In this document: piece by piece, positions 1-16,254 of the stretch | Layout of the letters: each line of letters starts with the position of its first letter | How positions within the stretch are numbered: the first letter of the stretch is position 1 | NCBI RefSeq assembly: GCF_009914755.1 | Contig: NC_060928.1 | From: the human T2T-CHM13v2.0 reference genome, Homo sapiens | DNA: 64,000 nucleotides | Reading direction: 5' to 3' (one strand) | Made by a program: the position numbers and the translations under genes | The notes under the pieces: generated by a model | Database searches by the model: none | What the model was told of the DNA's origin: nothing | The model's input: the letters and a program-made list of their open reading frames with translations, nothing else

Positions 1-492
1 CAATAATTAGAAACTGATTTTCATGGCTTTGAATAAGCATAGGCATACTTAGTCTTTGCCAAAAGTAATTCATTTTTATGCCAGTACCTTTGGCATATTT
101 TCAGTCTTCTATTGTTCTCTTCCCACTTATTTTTTCACTTGTCACTTGTGTTTCTTTAGATGGTGAGCCAAAGTCTGTGGTAGGGGTGATTTCCATTTCT
201 GCATATTACAGAGCAATTAGCATATTGTTAATATTCAGCAAAAGTTTTTGCTGTGCTTCCTTAGCTGGTGTTTTGGTTATCTGATAGTAATTGGAGAAAA
301 TTGTTCTCCAATTTTCTCCAATTAGGAGAATAAGGAGAGTGTCATATTAAGAAGTACCTGCTTTAAACATCATAGAAAAACTGTATACATTATAATAGCA
401 ATTGCTTTTCCAGTGTCTTCATTCCATGATCCTGAGCCAATTCAACAACACGGTTTCAGTTTTTGAGAGCCTGAGGCACTAACCTTGGTTGA

Positions 493-750
<258 letters not shown>

Positions 751-1140
751 TAACCTCTTTCAGATGTTTATCTGTTGTGTCCCTGTTCCTCCAGAGCTGA
801 CTTAAAATCATTCCTGTAACAAACTGTTGTAGCAAAGACCAGGTAATGTTCACTTGCTGCAGTTTGTAAATATTTTTCCAGTTTCTGCTATCTGGAAGCT
901 CTTGCAGTCAGTGATTTTTGTGGTCGATCAACTCATAATATTGAAATTAATTAGTTGAAATTATGATTTGCCATTTTAAGACACTATTCTGTATGATATT
1001 TTGCTGCAGAATAAATTGGCTGTTATAAAATGAATCACAACCTAAAATTAAAAGCAAATTACAGTTAATTGCTTAATTGTATTTCAAATGAATACCATAA
1101 CTCAGTAAATAGAAAAGAAAGAACTAGATTTTAGCACAAA

Positions 1141-1251
1141 CATCGTGCAAGGTGGCACGATAGAACCCTGCAGTGATTGTACCCCCACAGGGACACCAAA
1201 TTGAACAACTGTCCATATAAGACAGCACCTTCAAAAGAACAAAAAATCAGG
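1141..1251 (+). mobile_element. Isolated 5' end of an old L1 (L1M1/L1M2-type 5' UTR)
   Basis: caaggtggcacgataga...ggacaccaaattgaacaact...gcaccttcaaaagaacaaaaaatcag resembles the remembered L1MA-type 5' terminus. Confidence 0.55.
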
Positions 1252-1309
1252 CATGGATATATTTATAATAAGAAAAAATAAAGACCAAAAAACAAGCCTA
1301 GTAAGTTAT

Positions 1310-3460
<2,151 letters not shown>

Positions 3461-4048
3461 AACAGTGACCTACTATGAAATTTAGAACAGTGGACCAGAT
3501 TAAAAGGTTATTTATTAGATGCTTTAAAAGCACTCAAGATAAAGTGTAACATTTAATCCTGAGGGGAAGAAAACTCCAACTCTTAAATTAGGAATTGATA
3601 GATATTCTCTTATATAATTAAAGGAAAAAACTCTTGACTGTAAATTTAATAATGAAATGCTAGAACCTAGGTTCATAACATACATAGATATCTTTCTGTG
3701 GTCTGTAAACCTCTGAAATTGTATGTAAACACAATTTTGCATACATTTGGGAGGGAAAGACATACTTTTCGTTAAACTCTAAAGATGACTCTTATCCCAA
3801 AGTAGCAAAGAAAAATTGTGCTATGGGACATTTCCTCCTAAAACATTATTAAGAAAATAAAGAATCTTGGAATGCTGTTATTTAAAATTGTTCCAGATGC
3901 CCTTAGTAGTGTACTCAAATATACAATTATAGATAATGGAAATAAGGCAAGATGATCATTATGTGTAGATGATATGTTTGATTGACAGTATTCTCGGGAT
4001 AGATTCTTGAAGTGAAATTAGTATATCAAAATCCATTGATATATTTCA

Positions 4049-4355
<307 letters not shown>

Positions 4356-4459
4356 AGAGATAAATAAATACAGACATACATAAAATGAATTTGCACTCCT
4401 ACCAGAAATATATGAGTGCCTTTCTCCCTTCATCCATGCCAGTATTATAGTTGGGCATT

Positions 4460-5830
4460 GTGCCTATTCAAATGATATGATTATTTATCTAGAAACCTCC
4501 AAAGAATCTATCTTTTAAAAATTATGTAAGTCAGTTTCCTTTAATCTGGTAATAACCAGTTAGAAATATAATGAAAGGGGAAATATCCCCTTCCCAATAG
4601 CCACAGAAAACATCAGTTTCTTGGAAATAATCTGAACCTGCAATATGTGAGAATTACATGAAGAAACCAAATTTTACTGAGAGAAAGAAAATTTGAATAA
4701 ATAGGCAGTCTGTGTTCCTTAAAGGGAAGGCTTAATATTGTGAGAACATTTTAAGCATATTAATTCCATCTAATTTAATTTATAATTTAAAACAACTCTT
4801 TTCAGAATCACAATGTGATTTTTTTGAAAATTGGAAAATGTATTCTGAATATTCTGAATATTACCTGGAAGGATAAACAAGTGAGGCTAGCTAACTTTGT
4901 AAATGGAAAAGTAAAGAAAAAATTATCGGCATTAGGGTTAATAAAACATTGTAAAACTACAAGTAAACCAGTGTGTAGACAAAACAGAATGAGTTAAACT
5001 CAGACTATACTGTTATAAAAATATAATGTATGTTAAATGAAGCATAGCAAATCAGTAGAGTCTTCTAATGGTTCTACAATAACCAAGTTAGCGTTTGGGT
5101 GAGGCTGGGAAAGAGAAACCCTGACCTCATACCATATATGCAAACAGATTAATGAGTTGAATGTTTTTCAAGAGTCAAACAATTAAAAAGCTAGAAGAAA
5201 ATATGCTTGATCAGAGAGGTGGAAATTTTTTAAGCATAAAAAGCAACAAAAGACCATAAGAGGTTTAACTAAGAGATTGCAAACTTCTGTAGGTTAAAAA
5301 TATGTCACAAATAAAATTAAAAGACAAAGGACTAACAGGGAAGCAAATAAGAAAGTATATCCTTCTTACATGAACAGTTCATTAAAAAATAAAACAAATA
5401 GGACCCCAGTGAGATAAATAGGTAAGAAATGTGAACAGTGAATTCACAAGAGAAACGCAGATGGCTAATAAACTACGAGAGCATATCCAGCCTCACAGGC
5501 AAATTAAACAATTATTTGTCAACTATAAATTAGGGACGTTTTGTTTTTGCTCTACACTCAAATTCAGTACTGGCATGGGTGAAATGAGAAAAGCATTCCT
5601 ACACTGCTGGTGACAGTGTAAATTGATGCATTCTGGAAAGTCATTTGGCAGAGTTAATCAGCAGCCTTCGATCCAGTAATTTAACTTCCAGGAATCTCTC
5701 CTAAGGATATTATCAAAAATTGTCCAGAGACATTTATCATGGCATTAACTATAAAAGCAGAACATTGCTGTCATCCCAGTGGTCCACTAATGGGAAAATC
5801 ATTTAAAAAACATTCATACAATCATGGAGA
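4460..5830 (+). mobile_element. Highly decayed old L1 (L1M) ORF2/3' fragments
   Basis: A-rich sequence with remnant L1 motifs (aatagccacagaaaacatc, cactgctggtgacagtgtaaattg, tccagtaattttaacttccaggaatctctcctaagga). Confidence 0.5.
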
Positions 5831-6642
5831 TATTTTAAATGTTTGCAAAGACATTTTAATGATACCCAAAACTGAATACAGTGTATCAAACTATTAATAA
5901 TTATTGCCTCTGAGTCACTAAAAGAGTGATAATATTTTCTGCTTCTTTATATTTTGATTTACTTTCTGATTTTTCAGGATGAAAATTTGTCATTTTTATC
6001 ATCAGGAAAAATTAGTAGCACACACACTCTTAAATTGTTTTCTCTATATCAGGCCAAAAAAATGGCCTTCTGCTCTAGCAGCTATTTAATTATTACAGAA
6101 ATCCTAACCGCTGTGTATACATATAAACAAAACTTGTAATGTTTTCTGTGAGACACAATATAGCCTTGACTAAGCCATACCAGAGTTACCTACAAGGTGG
6201 ATCATTTAAACCCACATGGGATCTAACGCTGCTGGGTGACCTGTATAAAGTCATCTTCCATAATGGTGTGGGGCTTTGTGAGAATGGGTTTTTTTACCCC
6301 TACTTTCCTTTTTTTAAAGGCAGGGTAGGCCCAATTTCCTACACTTTAAGCACTCTGGGTCTCACAGGAAGAAGTTTGGAGCAGGTGATAGTTCAGTGAG
6401 ATCTAATTTTACACACACAGTATGACTTTTCTAGTTTCATTTTCATGTTTTTTTACTGGATCTTATATCTTACAGCTTTCGGCAATACTTCTTCCACCTG
6501 TGGCTTTCCAGTTCCTCTCTTCTCTTTCTCCTTTCTTCCCTTTCTAAAATTTTCCAAACATCTTAGCTGTACAATAAATGCAAGAGCGCTTTATAGTAAA
6601 TACATAGCATCCAGGTTTTATTATGCTATCTTTTTAGAGTGA

Positions 6643-7024
<382 letters not shown>

Positions 7025-7123
7025 TATTACTATTTTTAAAACATTTTGTTATGTTATTTTCTAGAAACCTCCTAGATACTGTATTAAGTAATGCGGTTAA
7101 CTAAGATTTTATCAGTCATACAT

Positions 7124-7454
7124 CAGCCATCCCCAGTCTTTTTGGCACCAGGGACCAGTTTCATGGAAGACAATTTTTCCACAGGGGATGGGAAAGGGAT
7201 AGTTTCAGGATGAAACTGTTCCACTTCAGATCATCAGGCATTAGATTCTCATAAGGAGCACGCAACCTTGATCCCTCCCATGCACAGTTCACCATAGGGT
7301 TCATGCTTCTATGAGAATCTAATGCTGCCGCTGATCTAACAGGAGGTGGAGCTCAGGCTGTAATGCTTGCTCACTCACCTCCTGCTATGTGGCCTGGTTT
7401 CTAACAGGCCACGGACTGATACTGGTCCATGGCCCCGGGGGTTGGGAACTCCTG
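7124..7454. mobile_element. MER1B (hAT-Charlie non-autonomous DNA transposon)
   Basis: Termini cagccatcccca... and ...ggttgggaactcctg; internal ttttggcaccagggaccagtttcatggaagac and ggcattagattctcataaggagc. Confidence 0.85.
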
Positions 7455-7568
7455 TTGTACAGGACCTAGAGAATAGCTAGCTAACTAGCCAAAGTTTAAA
7501 TCCATGTATATTTAAGTTTCTGTGTTGAAGCTGCACAGGTGCCTTTGAGCTGTAAAAATTAATAATAA

Positions 7569-7964
<396 letters not shown>

Positions 7965-10259
7965 TAGCTGACTTATTATCTAGGCATTTTTAAACTTTAA
8001 CAAAAATTTCAATTATTAGGAAAATATCATTGGAACATAGGAGTACTTGTATTAAATATCAATAGCAGTAGGTTTTACTAGCCTTTTCCTTATTCAGATA
8101 GCACCGCTTTAGCTATTGTATTACCAGTAGAATATGTTATGTTATATATTTAACATATAATTTAAATACATGGTTGTTTTACGAGATCAGTTGAGTAAGC
8201 ATATCTTCCTTCCTTTTCATTCTTTGTTTTTTGTACTTTTATGATGGTAATGCTTGTTTTTGTTTCAACAGTAAGCAAGTGATCTTTTTGTAAAAATTAA
8301 AGTTCATCACATTGGAAATTGTGTTTGGTCAGGTTTTTTTTAGTGGTTTCAGTAAGCTTCATGATTTTCTTACAATTCAGAAGTTAATAAGGCCCTTGCC
8401 CAAGATAAATAGATGCCTTAGCTCAAAGATTGCATTGTAAGGTTTGATGAGGGAAGAGGTTAAAGACATTGCTCATAATAATTGATCTTTTTGCTGTCTC
8501 ATGTTCTGCCTCTGAGAAATAAAAATTTTTAAGATGCCATTGAAATCTTAAAAACCTTAAATGTCTGATTAGATTTCTGAGTCAGTGACTTTTCTAGTAA
8601 CTGACCTGTCTCTGAATTCTCAAAAATAAATTTCATTCTCTCGTACTTTGAGAAACAGAACTAATTATATGTTTGAGTGAGGCAATTATCTTTTATGTCT
8701 TCTCTTCAGAAGCTCACCAAACTTGTTGTTAAACCTGTTTTGTAATGTATTTATTACTGAGGATAATTTTGGAGCCTTACTTGTTAATCATCCCTTAGAT
8801 CAAAGATATCTTTTCCTGAATATAGTTACTTTTCCTACTTATTTAAAGCATCTTAGATTTTCAGTGTGTTCCCTTAGTGTTTGTTTTTGTGTGTTTGTTT
8901 GTTTGTTTGCTTGTTTGCTTTTTGCAGTATACTTCAACAGTTATTTGTAGTTGAGTCTGGTACCTTGTTAGTATTAAGAAAATTTTTTTACCCTTTAAAG
9001 AGGTTAACCTATATGTTATGTACATATGGGACTACAAAGAACTATCTTATTCATTGTTAACATGTGCTGTTTAATTTTTGACTTAGCATTTGGCTCAAAT
9101 GATTTTTAAAATAAGAACAGTGACCTGCCAGAAGTGTTTTTGTTTATTGTTTTAATTGGTATGGAGGAAAGAACAGCTCTTGAGAGTCGAGATGCGGTTT
9201 CCAGTTTTTTCTGCCATTTTAACTGTGTGATTAAGGCACAGATTTCTTCTCTGGTTCTCAGGTTTATCGTCTTTGAAATGGGGGTGGATGGAGTTGAGAA
9301 CTGTGGTAATTATTACTGAGGTCCCTCAGTGAGTCTGTTATTGAAGGACCACTCTAAGAGAATTTATTACTTTAATGTTCCAATTAGCTTTCTGCTCAAA
9401 CTCATTTCTTATTGTTTACCCAATCAATTTTAATTATTTTACTTTTGTAGAGTTTTAATAATTTACTTTTACACAAGTAAAAACAACCTTTACACTAATA
9501 AAAGGTATTTATAATGCAAAGTTATGCATTCAAAATTTATTAGATTTCATTCATTCAGCAGATATTTTAGCACTATTTCAGAGAAGTAATACAAAGATGA
9601 AAAAGCACCTAAAGTCTCTTATCATCAAGATCCTTATGCCCTAGTATATCTTTAATTATAATCTGATAAGCACTAGAATGGAGAGTTATACAAGATATAA
9701 TGAACTTAGCCTGGAAGTTGGATTTGGAGAGCTGAAGGTAAATATTATTTAAAAATCCTGCTGAATGTTAAAGAAAAGTTGTTTATCATATGTTAGCAAC
9801 AAAAAATTTGCACACTGTTTTTACAAAACTGTTCTTTATTATAAGGACTGCATACTTTGTCCTCTCCCATTCAACATTTTAAAGAAATTAGAACATTTTA
9901 CTAACAATAGCCAATCTTGTGCTGTTTTTAAAATGATCATTTTTGGATATTAACATAAAACACATTTTATAAATTATTTGTACTTTAAATTCTATGTCTG
10001 AAAATTCCAAGTCAGCTCAGCTGAACACATATTTATAGAGCTTCTGCTTTCTGTCATTATGCTGTATATTGGAGGTAAAGATAAATTCCTGCCTTCAAAG
10101 ATCTTGCTATCTGATGGAGGAAACCTGCACATAAGCCTGTAAATTAATTTTAGGAGTTTGTTTATATTTACAAATGCATGAGTGTACATACATCTATGTA
10201 GATATATATATATCTACATAGATGTAGTTCATACAAGTTCTGATGTTCAGATATATTTT

Positions 10260-10789
<530 letters not shown>

Positions 10790-11602
10790 CCAGATGTATT
10801 TCTTAAAACTACGGGAGTAGATAGATAGCAGAAATAAATAGAACCCAACCTTCTCTGATATTCCTCATGAAACAGTGATTAAAGGATTAATCAGAACTTC
10901 ACATTCATTGTCCACCCTCACCAATGAGTTTTTGATCTTTGCAGTAGCAGTTACTTTTCTCTTTTTCATAGTGACTTTATTCTATGGAACTGTATTGTCT
11001 TAATGCACTAATTCTGCCAAGCTACCTTCTTGTACAAATGAATGATAGAATGTATTGATTCATGGCAATGGCTAGGTGTCAATAATAGCTTTTTGGATAC
11101 TTGAATGTACTCCTGCCCGTTTTGCTCAGAGATTGAAAGATCAAGAGCTGTGTGTTGATAGGGGGACCTTCAGTGGCTGAATAGGGAAGAAATTGAATGT
11201 CATTCTGTCTAGCATAGCTTTTTTGTTTTATTTTCTTGATGATAAAATGAGAATTTAATAATAGCTATTACATTACTATCAGTAATGGGCAATTAAAAGT
11301 TTTAAAGTGTCTTTATTAAGATAACTTTATAATGTATTTTAAAACCTTCATTCCTCAAGACCAGCAATTCTTATTGGAATCCATGGATGGACCCTGGGGA
11401 GCTAACATCCATCCCTTGAAATTGCCTGCGAAATTATGTGTGCGTTTGTGCATGTGTGTTTTTTTCTCCCCAGGGGCGGGGGGGTCAGGGAGGAAAGATG
11501 CATAGCTTTAATCAGAGTCTTTGGTTATGTGAACTCTTCTTACTTAATAAGTTTAACCACTGAGTTAAACAAGTTAAATGACCTCCAGTATGTTTTTCCT
11601 AG

Positions 11603-11746
<144 letters not shown>

Positions 11747-11791
11747 ATGGCCCCAGGCATCTGCCTCTGGAAAACTATTGAGCCTTGCATG

Positions 11792-11855
11792 TACTTGAAG
11801 GATGGATGAGTCAGACACGATTGAGAACTGACAAAGGAGCCTTGATAATACTTGA
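11792..11855 (+). promoter_or_regulatory. Two miR-26 seed sites: 8mer TACTTGAA (11792-11799) and 7mer-m8 TACTTGA (11849-11855)
   Basis: Exact complements of the miR-26 seed; SMAD1 is an established miR-26a target. Confidence 0.8.
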
Positions 11856-11891
11856 CCTCTGTGACCAACTGTTGGATTCAGAAATTTAAAC

Positions 11892-11909
11892 AAAAAAAAA
11901 AAAAAAAAA
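11892..11909 (+). repeat. A18 tract in the 3' UTR
   Basis: Directly visible run of 18 A. Confidence 0.95.
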
Positions 11910-11952
11910 CACACACCTTGGTAACATACTGTTGATATCAAGAACCTGTTTA

Positions 11953-12721
11953 GTTTACATTGTAACATTCTATTGTAAAATCAACTAAAATTCAGACTTT
12001 TAGCAGGACTTTGTGTACAGTTAAAGGAGAGATGGCCAAGCCAGGGACAAATTGTCTATTAGAAAACGGTCCTAAGAGATTCTTTGGTGTTTGGCACTTT
12101 AAGGTCATCGTTGGGCAGAAGTTTAGCATTAATAGTTGTTCTGAAACGTGTTTTATCAGGTTTAGAGCCCATGTTGAGTCTTCTTTTCATGGGTTTTCAT
12201 AATATTTTAAAACTATTTGTTTAGCGATGGTTTTGTTCGTTTAAGTAAAGGTTAATCTTGATGATATACATAATAATCTTTCTAAAATTGTATGCTGACC
12301 ATACTTGCTGTCAGAATAATGCTAGGCATATGCTTTTTGCTAAATATGTATGTACAGAGTATTTGGAAGTTAAGAATTGATTAGACTAGTGAATTTAGGA
12401 GTATTTGAGGTGGGTGGGGGGAAGAGGGAAATGACAACTGCAAATGTAGACTATACTGTAAAAATTCAGTTTGTTGCTTTAAAGAAACAAACTGATACCT
12501 GAATTTTGCTGTGTTTCCATTTTTTAGAGATTTTTATCATTTTTTTCTCTCTCTTGGCATTCTTTTTTCTCATACTCTTCAAAAAGCAGTTCTGCAGCTG
12601 GTTAATTCATGTAACTGTGAGAGCAAATGAATAATTCCTGCTATTCTGAAATTGCCTACATGTTTCAATACCAGTTATATGGAGTGCTTGAATTTAATAA
12701 GCAGTTTTTACGGAGTTTACA
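11953..12721 (+). promoter_or_regulatory. Two miR-30 7mer-A1 sites GTTTACA (11953-11959, 12715-12721)
   Basis: Seed complement of the miR-30 family occurs twice in the UTR. Confidence 0.55.
12125..12132 (+). promoter_or_regulatory. miR-155 8mer site AGCATTAA
   Basis: Exact 8mer complement of miR-155-5p within the 3' UTR. Confidence 0.65.
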
Positions 12722-12955
12722 GTACAGAAATAGGCTTTAATTTTCAAGTGAATTTTTTGCCAAACTTAGTAACTCTGTTAAATATTTGGAGGATTTAAAG
12801 AACATCCCAGTTTGAATTCATTTCAAACTTTTTAAATTTTTTTGTACTATGTTTGGTTTTATTTTCCTTCTGTTAATCTTTTGTATTCACTTATGCTCTC
12901 GTACATTGAGTACTTTTATTCCAAAACTAGTGGGTTTTCTCTACTGGAAATTTTC

Positions 12956-12961
12956 AATAAA
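12956..12961 (+). terminator. Distal polyadenylation signal AATAAA (second variant ATTAAA at 12984-12989)
   Basis: Canonical hexamer with upstream TGTA motifs and downstream T/GT-rich sequence (tttgtcatttcctttatt). Confidence 0.8.
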
Positions 12962-14379
12962 CCTGTCATTATTGCTTACTTTGATTAAAAATTTGTCATT
13001 TCCTTTATTCACCTACTAGATTTTAGGATCAGTAAAGTTTGCTACTCTTCTGAGAATTTTTTTCTCAAATATCCTCCACCAAACATGAATGAAATTACTA
13101 ATACAGAGACCGGAACACAGCAGCATGAAGAGACCGGAGCCAATTTAAATCAAAACAAAGGACATGTACACCTTGAAAAATTGAGAAAAACTACCAAAAT
13201 CTAAGTGTATAAACTTTTTAATTTTAGAAATTACAGCAGCAGCACTTTTTGGTTAGTACCATGCAGTCAACCAAAGCAGCAATTTCTAAACTTCAGATGA
13301 AGATACAAGCGTGACTGTGGGAGGAGGTAATAAAGGGGGAGGGATGAGAACTCACACTGCAGCAGGAGAAGATGACTACCTTTGCAGTCTACTTAAGGCT
13401 GGGATGATCCCAACACTACCCATTCCCCCACAAAAAAGTTTACCAATGAGGGACACAGATTGAAGGACACTTAGATTATTTCTTGGCCCAATAGATGCTA
13501 TTCTTTCTCCTTTACATTTTTATGTGTCTTTCCTGGAGTGTGTTTATGAGACCTGAAATTTAAGGACCATCCCTTTTTAAACCTAGTTTTAAAGAAAAGA
13601 ATGCCTTGCTTTTTCACCCCCAAAATACATTTATTCCCTAAACTATGACCAAGGAAAAATTTCTACTGCTGCTTTTTGTGTCCAAAAAACATCATGATAT
13701 AATTAGAGAACGCCCCAGACAGAGGTCCTACATTATAACACAAATTCATGCACATCTTTGCTGGGTCACTTAACTTCTGTGAATCTCTGTTTCTTCATTT
13801 GTCAAGTGGAAATAATATAGTTGTGCCTTGTCACAAAATTGAGGTGAAGATGCCTTAAAAATGCATCTGCCATGCAAGTATGGGGATCACTTGAACTCTC
13901 CCATACGCTCTATTTTCCACTTACCTAAGTCATTTCAAGCTCAGTCAATCTAGATAATAGTGACTGGTGAGATATAATAAAAGTTGATATTAAAATTATT
14001 AAGCTTAACAGTGAAGTAAAGAGATAATGCAGGCTAGGATTCCTCATCCTTTTCCTAGTGAAAAGCCAATTTTGAGTTCCCATGGTTGCCTGGTGGGACA
14101 GTTAGGCAAGTTGTTAGTTGGGTGTAGCAATGCTGGTAGCCAGCTTGAAGTTCTATCAGATAAAACACCAGGATCATCCAGTAAATTGAAATCTCCTGGT
14201 TGGGGACCTGTGGAGTTTGCAACATGGTGCATAAGTAGGTCCCTCATGGTTAAGTGCAACTCTATGTATTTTTGGTGAAATCTTAGGAAGACCATTGTCA
14301 TCAGCCATAGGAGGCTATTAAGTCTCTTGGAAACGTTTAATTAAAGGAATGGAAAAAATCAACTATTAGAAGTGGAGGG

Positions 14380-14550
14380 CCCTAGAGCTCTTGCCTCATT
14401 CTTGATTTAATAGTATTTGACTTCCATCAAGTTTTTTAGTTTTTCTGCACCTGTTTCCTTATCTGTAAAATGGAGACAATAAAGCCTACCTCCTGGGGTT
14501 ATCATGAAGTTTAAGCCGATACATGCAAAGCAATTAGAACCTCTTAATAA
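14380..14550 (+). mobile_element. MIR (similar MIR cores near 9200, 13760, 27790, 35460, 39900, 43800)
   Basis: Core motif ctgtttccttatctgtaaaatgg...ataaagcctacctcctggggtt. Confidence 0.7.
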
Positions 14551-14847
14551 GTGTTAATACAGCCAGCTAAATCTGGCTGGGAAGACACCTGAAAGGAATT
14601 TCATTCAAGAGATGTTTGATGAAGACCTACTTACCTTTGAAGTATTTAATAAACACAGTGGAAGATTTTATCTTTGAGGAACGCAGAGTCTAGAGAGAGA
14701 AACCTGGAGAAAGAAAACTAGCAATGCTTGAGTGCCTAGCCTATTGTGTTCCAGGACTCTGCAAGGGATTCCCAAACATTGTCTGTCATCCTCCCAAGGA
14801 CATATGAGATACTACTCTGTCCCCAACTCCTTATACCATTTTTCTTG

Positions 14848-15160
<313 letters not shown>

Positions 15161-16045
15161 AGTCATTTTTCTTATAAATGAGGAAATTTAACTCAGAAGC
15201 TAAATAAGTTGCCCAAAGTCACCTAGCTAGTTAGTGTGGAAGAGTTTCAATTCAGATCTGACTTTAAAATCTAGAGTTTTATTCTATTAAATACTATATT
15301 CTTCTTTCTCGTGAGTTTACAGTCACATGTACTTACTATAAAATAAAGTAGAATGAAGAGCACAGAGGGAAGAAGAAGTAGTTCAGACTTGGTTGGATGG
15401 AGATCAGTGGAGTTTTTACAGAGGAAGTGGCATTTAAGATTGAGCTTGAATGATGGGAAGCATTTTGATAATTGGAGGAACTTGTGGGCAGGAGAAGACT
15501 CCAAGACAGATACCTGTTGTTTGCCATGCCCCAGCATCTACCCCCCAATTTTTAAAGATGTGCCTCCCGGCCTCAGGGTGACTGGGATTTATCATACTGC
15601 ATGACATATCCCCTCTGGCTACTGTTGGGAATCTGCTCTTTGGGAATTCTGGAGCTAGAAGTAAAGTCTCTGCATGGCTGAAGATACAGTAAACCTTAGG
15701 CATTGTCCCCTGTCATCTCACCTGCTACATGGGCTGGAGACAAGAAAGAAGAGACAGAAATCTCAGGGCATCCAGTGTCCTGGGTCTAGGATTTACCAAG
15801 ACCTGCCACATTTCTGTTCTTTGCTGTCCTTGGATACACCAGAATCTGTACAGATGCCCCCCTCCCCTCGCCTTTTGCTTAGTGCAGTTTCAGTTGGGTT
15901 TTTGTTCCTTAGAAGCAAATGAGGATTAAGTAATACAGTATGAAAATGTTTGACTTTTTAAAAAAAGATCTTTTTTAAATAGATCATTTTCTTTTAACCA
16001 AAATAATACTTGTTCATGAAAGATTTTTAAAGTATGGAATAAACA

Positions 16046-16082
16046 AGCAGAGTCACGCAGCGGAAGCGTACCAGGCCCATAA
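16046..16082 (+). pseudogene. Tailless retropseudogene of the 5' half of initiator tRNA-Met(CAT)
   Basis: AGCAGAGTCACGCAGCGGAAGCGTACCAGGCCCATAA matches 32/37 nt of tRNA-iMet 5' (AGCAGAGTGGCGCAGCGGAAGCGTGCTGGGCCCATAA). Flanked by a 17-bp TSD aaagtatggaataaaca (16029-16045) / aaagtacgggatgaaca (16081-16097). Confidence 0.85.
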
Positions 16083-16254
16083 AGTACGGGATGAACAAAA
16101 AGAAGAAACCTAAAATTACCTGTATTAACCCATGATAATTGAATTAGTTTATCCTTGCACTAGGTGATGATAACCTGGCATAGAGATAGCATGCTATAGG
16201 AAATGCAAGTCTAGAGGTTAGTTGGATTACTTGCTTAGTAAAAAGATGATGATT

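Larger units (their letters stand above)
11747..12987 (+). other. SMAD1: SMAD1 3' UTR
   Basis: AT-rich, repeat-free sequence from the stop codon to the AATAAA at 12956. The 3' end is estimated as ~25 nt past the signal. Confidence 0.8.

Noticed and set aside
13100-13140. Direct repeat agagaccgga x2, and small palindromes at 37440-37461 and 40971-40984
   Set aside because: Too short and isolated to separate from chance; no array or CRISPR-like periodicity.
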